Positions 1 to 5,936 of a stretch of DNA of 9,713 bases are shown piece after piece. Made by a program: the position numbers and the translations under genes. Source of the stretch: a virus (lineage: Duplodnaviria > Heunggongvirae > Uroviricota > Caudoviricetes); the IMG/VR virus record IMGVR_UViG_3300029250_000062, positions 1 through 9,713 of that record. One strand, written 5' to 3'. The notes under the pieces are model-generated. The model had not been told where the DNA came from. It worked only from the letters and a program-made list of their open reading frames with translations, and did not search any database. Numbering within the stretch: position 1 is the stretch's first letter; each line of letters begins with the position of its first letter.

Positions 1-1764
1 GAATATTACTTTGTCATTGCGCTGGCCGGGCAGTCCAACTCGATGTCTTTTGGCGAGGGGCTGCCGCTGCCGGAGACATATGACCGTCCGGACCCGCGTA
101 TTAAACAGCTGGCGCGTCGCAGTACGGTGACGCCGGGTGGTGCCGCCTGTAAATATAACGACATCATTCCGGCAGACCACTGTCTGCATGATGTGCAGGA
201 TATGAGTAACCTGAATCATCCTCATGCAGACCTGAGTAAGGGACAGTACGGTTGTGTGGGGCATGCTCTGCATGTTGCCAAAAAGCTGCTGCCGTTTATG
301 CCTGCGAATGCGGGTATCCTTCTTGTTCCATGTGGCCGTGGCGATCCGGGATTTACTGCGGGGGCCGAGGGGGCGTTTAACGAAGCGTCGGGAGCGACCG
401 CAGGCTCGTCCCTGTGGGGGGCGGATAAACCGCTGTATCATGACCTGGTCAGCAGAACCCGTGCGGCCCTGAAGAAAAATCCGAAGAACGTGCTGTTATC
501 AGTGATCTGGATGCAGGGAGAAAAAGATGTCAGTTCGGGGAGACATGCAGAACACAATGCGCTTTTCCTTGCCATGGTAAATCAGTTCCGTACGGAACTG
601 GCAGATGTGGCAGAGCAGTGTACTGGCGGGACAACGGCCAGCGTCCCGTGGATTTGCGGTGATACCACGTACTACTGGAAGGAAAGGTATGCAGCGCCGT
701 ATGAGGCGGTTTACGGTGGGTATAAAGGCAAAGCTGCGCAGAATATTCACTTTGTGCCGTTGATGACGGATGAGCATGGTGCGAATGTGCCGACAAACGA
801 GCCGTCAGAAGATCCGGACATTATCCCGGCGGGATACTATGGCGCTGCGTCACGCACTGCCAGTAACTGGACGTCAGCCGATCGTAAAACGCACTTCAGT
901 TCATGGGCGCGAAGAGGCCTTGTTTCAGACCGCCTGGCAGGTGCCATTTTGCAGTACGCCGGGCGGACATTATCGTTCCTTACCGGGCAGAGCGCACCGC
1001 AGTCGGGTGGTACAACTCCCGGTGATGATGTCAGTCCGGGGACACCGGATGTTGAGAAACCGCAGGATGGCGGTGTTGCTGGTACTGGTCATGATGAGGC
1101 CGTGAGCAGTACCAGGACGGTGGCTGAATATGATGCGAACAGTGGAAATGGTGTATGGACAGAGCAGCAGTGGGGGGCTGCCGGTGGCAAAGGCACTGTG
1201 ACTGATGACGGTGGACGGAAAGCGCTACGACTGGAAAAACAGCCCGGTAAACTGACGTCCTGGAAAATGTTCCGTACTGTTGCAGTGGAGGAGGCAAAAA
1301 ATCTTCTCAGCAAGGGGGGTGAAATTGCCGTACGGTTCAAAATTCCGGATGGAAGCGAACTGGTGAACGGACAGTTTGTCTTTGGTCTCTACTGGCCGGT
1401 GTCGCAGTGGGCGTCAGGCGCGGCAGCAAACAGTATGCTGGCATCATTCTTCCTTCAGACGGATGCATCAAATCTGAATCTTATGCACCACAAGGGCACG
1501 TCGAATGCACAACTGGGTACATTTGGTGCGTTTGACCATAACTGGCATACGGTTGTTTTCCGCTTTGCGGGAAATAACAGCGAAAGAGTCGTTCCGGTGA
1601 TTGATGGTACAGAGCAGACGGCGTTTGACCTTGTGATGTGGACAAATGATGGCTTTACAGCAGATACGCTGACGCTGACAGATATCACGGGGGCAAAAGC
1701 GACGTATCCTGTACTGCTTGATACGGTCACAGTCAAAGTTAACGAAAGCCGGGCATCATCATAA
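1..1764 (+). CDS. NanS-p-like sialate O-acetylesterase (SGNH/SASA-type hydrolase with C-terminal extension); 5'-truncated by window edge
   Basis: Frame is open from base 1; the listed ATG at 43 is internal. First in-window residues EYYFVIALAGQSNSMSFGEG contain the GQSN catalytic-serine block of SGNH/SASA esterases. Stop TAA at 1762-1764. Position immediately upstream of the lysis cassette matches where nanS-p sits in Stx-type lambdoid prophages (recollection, not searched). Confidence 0.7.
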   Translation, partial: EYYFVIALAGQSNSMSFGEGLPLPETYDRPDPRIKQLARRSTVTPGGAACKYNDIIPADHCLHDVQDMSNLNHPHADLSKGQYGCVGHALHVAKKLLPFMPANAGILLVPCGRGDPGFTAGAEGAFNEASGATAGSSLWGADKPLYHDLVSRTRAALKKNPKNVLLSVIWMQGEKDVSSGRHAEHNALFLAMVNQFRTELADVAEQCTGGTTASVPWICGDTTYYWKERYAAPYEAVYGGYKGKAAQNIHFVPLMTDEHGANVPTNEPSEDPDIIPAGYYGAASRTASNWTSADRKTHFSSWARRGLVSDRLAGAILQYAGRTLSFLTGQSAPQSGGTTPGDDVSPGTPDVEKPQDGGVAGTGHDEAVSSTRTVAEYDANSGNGVWTEQQWGAAGGKGTVTDDGGRKALRLEKQPGKLTSWKMFRTVAVEEAKNLLSKGGEIAVRFKIPDGSELVNGQFVFGLYWPVSQWASGAAANSMLASFFLQTDASNLNLMHHKGTSNAQLGTFGAFDHNWHTVVFRFAGNNSERVVPVIDGTEQTAFDLVMWTNDGFTADTLTLTDITGAKATYPVLLDTVTVKVNESRASS

Positions 1765-1769
1765 CCGGC

Positions 1770-1806
1770 AAAAAAAGCCGCCAGCGGCAGGAACGGAAGC
1801 TGGCGG
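1770..1806 (-). terminator. Putative rho-independent terminator for leftward (minus-strand) transcription
   Basis: 8-bp inverted repeat CCGCCAGC (1778-1785) / GCTGGCGG (1799-1806) preceded on the + strand by A7 (1770-1776), i.e. followed by U7 on the minus strand. The 13-nt loop is long for a terminator. Confidence 0.4.
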
Positions 1807-1903
1807 AGGTAATCCCAATGGAGAATGTAAAGAAAAGATGCTTTCGTATATCGGTTTTTTAAATGAAAACAGTTCTCATTGTCAACCATAACGGTAAGAA
1901 ACT

Positions 1904-2086
1904 ATGACATTTGTTCATCAGGTGATGCTGTACTTCTGTACGGCAGTCTGTGTTATGTATCTTCTTTCGGGTGGGTACAGGGCAGTGCGCGATTTCTGGC
2001 GCAGGCAGATTGATAAAAGGGCCGCAGAGAAAATCAGTGCCAGTCAGTCAGCCGGAAGCAAACCTGAAGATCCGCTCATTCCGTAG
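1904..2086 (+). CDS. Hypothetical small protein (60 aa) with one predicted N-terminal transmembrane helix
   Basis: ATG start, hydrophobic segment VMLYFCTAVCVMYLLSGG, weak SD. No recognisable family. Confidence 0.3.
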   Translation: MTFVHQVMLYFCTAVCVMYLLSGGYRAVRDFWRRQIDKRAAEKISASQSAGSKPEDPLIP

Positions 2087-2123
2087 TCACTTTCTTGACA
2101 ACACCTTTCAACGAGAAAATCCT

Positions 2124-2414
2124 ATGTCAGAAATAAAATCGCTGGTCACTGCTGAGGCAGTGAAGGAAGTCCTGCGCTCTGAAGAAGTCCGGAGCGCACT
2201 GAAACAGCAACTTCGGCAGAACCTTGAGGCGCGTCTTGATGCAGAAGTGGATGCCATTCTGGATGAATTGCTTGGTGCACAGCCGGAACCATCCCCGGAA
2301 CTGCTTCCGGAACCACAGGCGGAAGATGTCACCACGGAAAATGGTGATATTCAGCCGGAGTCACCGGTGACGGATATGACAGACACACAACCCGAACCGG
2401 GCACAATGCTGTAA
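2124..2414 (+). CDS. Hypothetical acidic protein (96 aa) with Pro/Glu-rich C-terminus
   Basis: In-frame ATG at 2124 inside listed ORF 1950..2414, placed just after the stop of the preceding small ORF (2084-2086). Helical charged N-terminal half, then PEPSPELLPEPQAED...TQPEPG low-complexity tail. Followed directly by a strong terminator. Confidence 0.45.
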   Translation: MSEIKSLVTAEAVKEVLRSEEVRSALKQQLRQNLEARLDAEVDAILDELLGAQPEPSPELLPEPQAEDVTTENGDIQPESPVTDMTDTQPEPGTML

Positions 2415-2425
2415 CGGCGGGGCAG

Positions 2426-2460
2426 GGCCATCAGTAAAACACTGATGGCCTTTTTTATTT
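2426..2460 (+). terminator. Rho-independent terminator
   Basis: Perfect 10-bp stem GGCCATCAGT (2426-2435) / ACTGATGGCC (2441-2450), 5-nt loop, then TTTTTTATTT (2451-2460). Confidence 0.6.
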
Positions 2461-2490
2461 CCGGTAGCACAGGTCTGTCGGGGCGGGGAT

Positions 2491-2706
2491 ATGTATCAGA
2501 TGGAAAAAATATCAACGGGCATAGCCTATGGTACTTCTGCGGGCAGTGCGGGTTACTGGTTTCTACAGTGGTTGGATCAGGTTACTCCGTCACAGTGGGC
2601 TGCTATCGGGGTTTTGGGGAGCCTGTGTCTGGGGTTCCTGACATACCTGACGAATCTGTATTTCAAGATTAAAGAAGACCGGCGCAAAGCTGCGCGGGGA
2701 GAGTAA
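2491..2706 (+). CDS. S: Class II holin, phage 21 S / 933W S-like (pinholin-type), dual-start motif
   Basis: 71 aa; N-terminal MYQMEK gives two in-frame Met starts (holin/antiholin pattern). Two hydrophobic segments (Gly/Ala-rich [18 protein letters not shown] and [23 protein letters not shown]) then charged tail [13 protein letters not shown]. Close to my recollection of S21/933W S. Directly upstream of the lysozyme gene. Confidence 0.85.
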   Translation: MYQMEKISTGIAYGTSAGSAGYWFLQWLDQVTPSQWAAIGVLGSLCLGFLTYLTNLYFKIKEDRRKAARGE

Positions 2707-2710
2707 GCTG

Positions 2711-3244
2711 ATGAGCAGGAAACTCCACTATGGTTTATCGGTAGCCGTTCTGGCGCTGATTGCCACAGGTGCTTCTGCGCCTGAAATCCTCGACCAGTTT
2801 CTTGACGAAAAAGAAGGTAACCACACCACGGCATACCGTGATGGTGCGGGGATCTGGACCATCTGCCGTGGTGCCATCATGGTGGATGGCAAACCTGTCG
2901 TCCCGGGCATGAAGTTGTCGAAGGAAAAATGCGCTCAGGTTAATGCCATTGAACGTGATAAGGCGCTGGCATGGGTGGAGAAAAACATCAAATTGCCACT
3001 GACTGAACCGCAGAAAGCGGGCATCGCGTCATTCTGTCCGTACAACATCGGGCCTTCGAAATGCTTCACCTCAACGTTTTACCGGAAACTGAACGCCGGA
3101 GACCGGAAAGGTGCATGTGCTGAAATCCGCCGATGGATATATGACGGCGGCAGGGACTGTCGGAATCGCTCAAATAACTGTTACGGGCAGGTATCGCGGC
3201 GTGACCAGGAGAGCGCGCTGGCGTGCTGGGGAATTGACAGATAA
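2711..3244 (+). CDS. R: SAR endolysin (T4-lysozyme-like muramidase, R21-type)
   Basis: 177 aa. N-terminal weakly hydrophobic signal-anchor-release segment LHYGLSVAVLALIATGASAP. E-8aa-D-5aa-T catalytic triad in EGNHTTAYRDGAGIWT. Starts 5 nt after the holin stop. Confidence 0.85.
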   Translation: MSRKLHYGLSVAVLALIATGASAPEILDQFLDEKEGNHTTAYRDGAGIWTICRGAIMVDGKPVVPGMKLSKEKCAQVNAIERDKALAWVEKNIKLPLTEPQKAGIASFCPYNIGPSKCFTSTFYRKLNAGDRKGACAEIRRWIYDGGRDCRNRSNNCYGQVSRRDQESALACWGIDR

Positions 3245-3333
3245 GCAGAATATTTTGCTGAAAAATGCGGTTTGCTCACACGGACGGATAACACGAAATC
3301 CTGCGAACTGACAAAAACTAAGTGAATAAAAGT

Positions 3334-3367
3334 AAAAACCCCGTTTGTTGGCTGCAAGCGGGGTTTT
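3334..3367. terminator. Putative intrinsic terminator (possibly bidirectional) inside the lysis cassette
   Basis: AAAAA-CCCCG (3334-3343) ... CGGGG-TTTT (3359-3367): GC stem flanked by an A-run upstream and a T-run downstream; 15-nt loop. Confidence 0.4.
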
Positions 3368-3400
3368 GTGTTTCTGACCTTGGATAAGGCAAGGGAGAAC

Positions 3401-3583
3401 ATGGAAAAGTATAAACGAATTCTGTTGAGGTTGACTATGAAAAACGGCCTTGAACTGAAAGCGCCTGTAACTGATGACATCAGCAGAGCACTGGCTTTTG
3501 CCATTAAGTGGGTGGCGGTCGGTGTTGCTGTGTCCCCGATGCTGTATGGGCTGGCAAAACTGGTCATTGCGTTGAAATCGTGA
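3401..3583 (+). CDS. Hypothetical small membrane protein (60 aa), C-terminal transmembrane helix
   Basis: ATG at 3401 preceded by SD AGGGAG (3391-3396). Basic N-terminus [12 protein letters not shown]-terminal hydrophobic [22 protein letters not shown]. Lies between endolysin and spanin genes. Confidence 0.45.
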   Translation: MEKYKRILLRLTMKNGLELKAPVTDDISRALAFAIKWVAVGVAVSPMLYGLAKLVIALKS

Positions 3584-3597
3584 AGGGAGGATTAAGC

Positions 3598-3729
3598 ATG
3601 TCAGACAAACTCATAACGCTGGCGAAGATCCTCTGTGTAATTGTCGGCATTTCATTTTCACTAATGCTGGTTGCTCTTTTTCTTTCCATGGCCTGGATGA
3701 TGTTGTCTTCGTCGGGGCTGCTGGGGTGA
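3598..3729 (+). CDS. Hypothetical small membrane protein (43 aa), single transmembrane helix
   Basis: ATG at 3598 preceded by strong SD AAGGGAGGA. Sequence [43 protein letters not shown]. Its stop TGA (3727-3729) overlaps the GTG start of Rz (GTGA), suggesting translational coupling. Confidence 0.45.
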   Translation: MSDKLITLAKILCVIVGISFSLMLVALFLSMAWMMLSSSGLLG

Positions 3730-4199
3730 ACATAAACCGAATGCTTTCCGCGTTTATCGTTATTCTGCTGGTGGCCTGTGGTGCGCTGTGGATGGCAACA
3801 GACCATTACCGTGATAACGCGATTACCTACAAAGCGCAGCGCGATAACAAAGCCAGTGAACTGAAGCTGGCGAACGCAACCATTACTGATATGCAGGTGC
3901 GCCAGCGCGATGTTGCTGCGCTCGATGCAAAATACTCGAGGGAATTAGCCGATGCGAGAGCTGAAAATGAAACTCTTCGCGCTGACGTTGCCGCTGGTCG
4001 TAAGCGCCTGCGGATCAACGCCACCTGTCCAGGCTCCGTGCGTGAAGCCCCCACCACCTCCGGCGTGGATAATGCAACCGGCCCCAGACTGGCAGACGCC
4101 GCTGAACGGGATTATTTCATCCTCAGAGAACGGTTGATGACAATGCAGAAGCAGCTGGAAGGGGCACAGCTATACATTCGTGAGCAATGCCTCAGATAA
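3726..4199 (+). CDS. Rz: Rz inner-membrane spanin (i-spanin)
   Basis: N-terminal TM helix ([18 protein letters not shown]) then [14 protein letters not shown]...[25 protein letters not shown], which tracks lambda Rz closely (recollection). GTG start at 3726; alternative ATG at 3741. Confidence 0.85.
   Translation: MNINRMLSAFIVILLVACGALWMATDHYRDNAITYKAQRDNKASELKLANATITDMQVRQRDVAALDAKYSRELADARAENETLRADVAAGRKRLRINATCPGSVREAPTTSGVDNATGPRLADAAERDYFILRERLMTMQKQLEGAQLYIREQCLR
3952..4137 (+). CDS. Rz1: Rz1 outer-membrane lipoprotein spanin (o-spanin), embedded in the +1 frame of Rz
   Basis: Lipobox LVVSAC, proline-rich [26 protein letters not shown] typical of lambda-type Rz1. SD GAGGGAA upstream; alternative start ATG 3967. 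Fully nested within Rz. Confidence 0.8.
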   Translation: MRELKMKLFALTLPLVVSACGSTPPVQAPCVKPPPPPAWIMQPAPDWQTPLNGIISSSENG

Positions 4200-4588
4200 A
4201 AACCGGCCAAGGATAATCCGCTGAAGATTTGCCGGTGGCTAAAGGGGCCAAGCCACCAATTTACGTAATTAGCCACAGAGATACAATATTTTAGTTTACT
4301 TATGTATTTCTGAAGCATGTCTTTGCGCAGTATCGTCGCCGTATTCCCACATGAACAGAGACCGCAGCCCTACCGGGAGACTCCTCTGCGCGAGTGTGCG
4401 GGGATAATCAAAAACGATACACACCGGGGTTTACCGCGTTAACGGAGCGCGGCGTTGTCCCCTCATGGTCGCTGGTCCGGTGCGATGGTGGAAGAAACCG
4501 GACGATGTGTTACCTCGCAAGCTCTGTTATGTCATGTGTCTGATTTGTGATTTAAGTCGGATAATTGTCGTTGCCATTAAACAGAGGA

Positions 4589-4631
4589 TTGATGACCGAC
4601 AGGGTGGCATTGTTAGAATAAGACTTATTCT
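4589..4631 (+). promoter_or_regulatory. Putative sigma70 promoter (extended -10) with overlapping perfect palindromic operator-like site
   Basis: -35-like TTGATG (4589-4594), 19-bp spacer, extended -10 TGtTAGAAT (4611-4619). Palindrome AGAATAAG-a-CTTATTCT (4615-4631, 8-bp perfect arms) overlaps the -10/+1 region and ends 14 bp before the downstream lipoprotein start. Confidence 0.3.
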
Positions 4632-4645
4632 TATCTGTGCCGGGA

Positions 4646-4978
4646 ATGAAAATGAAAAGAAATCTTCCGTTAATTATTTTGTTGTCTTCTCTGGTTATGG
4701 GCTGTACGCAACATAAAACAGATATGCCCCGACAGTTGGTTAAGGCATTACCACAATATCCGGCCTATGCAGCGGCAAATTATATAAAGGGACGGGTTGA
4801 TGTGAAGTTTGATATTGGTGCTGATGGTACTGTCACCCGAATTGAGTTTATCCGTTCAGAGCCGCACCATTTGTTTGATGAGCAGGTTGTAAAGGCGATG
4901 GCAAAATGGCGATTTGAGAAGGACAGGCCGTGTAAAGGCGTGAAGAAAACGTTTATCTTTAGTCCTTCTGCACCCTGA
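4646..4978 (+). CDS. Lipoprotein consisting essentially of a TonB C-terminal-like domain (moron candidate)
   Basis: Signal peptide with lipobox (MKMKRNLPLIILLSSLVMG-C; Thr at +2 suggests outer-membrane sorting). Mature part LPQYPAYAAANYIKGRVDVKFDIGADGTVTRIEFIRSEPHHLFDEQVVKAMAKWRFE parallels the E. coli TonB C-terminal domain (PQYP...G.V.V.F.....DG.V.......P...F...V..AM..WR(Y/F), from memory). Alternative start ATG 4652 has better SD spacing. Confidence 0.7.
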   Translation: MKMKRNLPLIILLSSLVMGCTQHKTDMPRQLVKALPQYPAYAAANYIKGRVDVKFDIGADGTVTRIEFIRSEPHHLFDEQVVKAMAKWRFEKDRPCKGVKKTFIFSPSAP

Positions 4979-5011
4979 TTATTTCATCAGAAATTAATTA
5001 TCACTCTGTTG

Positions 5012-5113
5012 TTATTCTGTACATCCCGGCAGGGTAAGTCTTGTTCCGTCGGATATGAAGATGAAATATTGTTGGAGGACAGTGGGTACCTGCTCCTGTA
5101 ACCGAACGTTCAT
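5012..5113 (-). CDS. Possible 33-aa ORF translationally coupled to the upstream RHH gene (speculative)
   Basis: On the minus strand the ATG overlaps the RHH stop (ATGA). Product MNVRLQEQVPTVLQQYFIFISDGTRLTLPGCTE. Below the length cutoff of the supplied ORF track; no family recognised. Confidence 0.2.
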   Translation of the reverse strand: MNVRLQEQVPTVLQQYFIFISDGTRLTLPGCTE

Positions 5114-5310
5114 TTCTCGTTATTTTTCATGCTGGCCGGGCGCAGATGCGTTGCATCTGTTGCCAGCCTTCTCCTGCAGGCTTCAATAACCCACGCTGAA
5201 AAGTTACCGGACCCTTTATGCTCAAGGGCGATGCTGATCTGTTCAATCATGTGATTGGGGAAACGGATATTGCGGGTTGTGGTTCTGCGGGTCCGGTTTT
5301 TCGATGACAT
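5110..5310 (-). CDS. Arc/Mnt-like ribbon-helix-helix DNA-binding protein (possibly YlcI/YnfO DUF3950-like)
   Basis: 66 aa from ATG at 5310-5308 with SD AAGGAAA 8 nt upstream on the minus strand. RNIRFPNHMIEQISIALEHKGSGNFSAWVIEACRRRL aligns in pattern with Arc repressor FNLRWPREVLDLVRKVAEENGRSVNSEIYQRVMESF (beta-strand then two helices). Opposite strand to the surrounding late genes. Confidence 0.65.
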   Translation of the reverse strand: MSSKNRTRRTTTRNIRFPNHMIEQISIALEHKGSGNFSAWVIEACRRRLATDATHLRPASMKNNEK

Positions 5311-5351
5311 ATTTATTTCCTTTACTGATTGCCATATGACGGGGATTTTAC

Positions 5352-5717
5352 ATGGCTCAGCTTCGTACACTCCAGAGCAGAATCAAAACACTGAATACCC
5401 GACGGGTGAATATTCTGAAGGGGGAGCAGCGTCGTGTCAGTGGCAGTGCACGTGTTTCCCTCAAGCGTCATATCTGGCTGAGGGACGCCGGGCAGTGCTG
5501 TATCTGTGGTCGTGTGGTTGACCTCTGTGACAGTGAACTTGATCACCGAATTGCACTTCAGTTCGGTGGTGGTAATGAGGAGACGAATCTCTGGACGCTC
5601 TGTACCGAATGCCATCGACAAAAGTCTGCTCGTGAAGCGGCGGGTGGTATGCCGGACCCGACGCTGCCGGAGGTGTCCGGAGGTAGTGGCAGAGCGGACG
5701 ACATCATCGGACTGTAA
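5352..5717 (+). CDS. HNH endonuclease (packaging-associated, HK97 gp74-like)
   Basis: CxxC...DH...N...CxxCH arrangement: CCICGRVVD, SELDHRIALQFGGGNEETNLWTLCTECHRQK. Sits immediately upstream of the cos-like region and terS, the usual place in HK97-like packaging modules. Confidence 0.85.
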   Translation: MAQLRTLQSRIKTLNTRRVNILKGEQRRVSGSARVSLKRHIWLRDAGQCCICGRVVDLCDSELDHRIALQFGGGNEETNLWTLCTECHRQKSAREAAGGMPDPTLPEVSGGSGRADDIIGL

Positions 5718-5810
5718 CCCGACCCGGGGGGGGGGATCATCCGGCGTAAAAAACGATCGCTTTGGACACCGCGCCCCCTCTCACGCAGAGAAAAAATTCC
5801 CGTTTCAGGG

Positions 5811-5936
5811 CAGTTAACATGTTAACTGGCTGCCCGGGCATTTTTGCGGTTTTTATCTTTATTATTCAGTTTGTTGTGCGGAAAAAATGTTAACTGGCTT
5901 TTTCAGCAAATGTTAACCAGGCAGCAGTTAACATTT
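5811..5936. repeat. Array of five ATGTTAAC/GTTAACAT motifs (palindrome, direct repeat, inverted pair); putative cosB / terminase small-subunit recognition sites
   Basis: 18-bp perfect palindrome CAGTTAACATGTTAACTG (5811-5828); 12-bp direct repeat ATGTTAACTGGC (5819-5830 and 5887-5898); inverted pair AAATGTTAAC (5908-5917) / GTTAACATTT (5927-5936) with 9-bp spacer. All in non-coding DNA between HNH and terS, ending about 70 bp before the terS start. Confidence 0.45.

Noticed and set aside
254-1340. Several 70-110-aa alternative-frame ORFs (254..472, 499..777, 530..796, 770..1105, 1031..1297, 1089..1340)
   Set aside because: All lie inside the long esterase ORF in other frames or on the opposite strand; no RBS or motif support.
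1455-1889. 144-aa minus-strand ORF
   Set aside because: Overlaps the 3' end of the esterase gene antisense and runs straight through the terminator hairpin; no motif support.
2445-2672. 75-aa + strand ORF overlapping the holin in another frame
   Set aside because: The holin frame has the dual-start motif and clear TM/charged-tail architecture; the overlapping frame has none.
4615-4631. Palindrome AGAATAAGaCTTATTCT as a Fur box
   Set aside because: Attractive because of the TonB-like gene downstream, but my position-by-position comparison with the Fur consensus GATAATGATAATCATTATC matched poorly in every register tried. Kept only as a generic operator-like palindrome.
4200-4645. tRNA gene or bor homolog downstream of Rz
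   Set aside because: No T-loop-like GGTTCGA(A/G)TCC motif or cloverleaf-compatible arms spotted by eye; no minus-strand ORF resembling the lambda Bor lipoprotein. Not run through a tRNA or homology search, so absence is provisional.
4465-4716. 83-aa + strand ORF overlapping the start of the TonB-like gene
   Set aside because: Out of frame with the signal-peptide/lipobox ORF, and would read through the promoter/palindrome region; no RBS.
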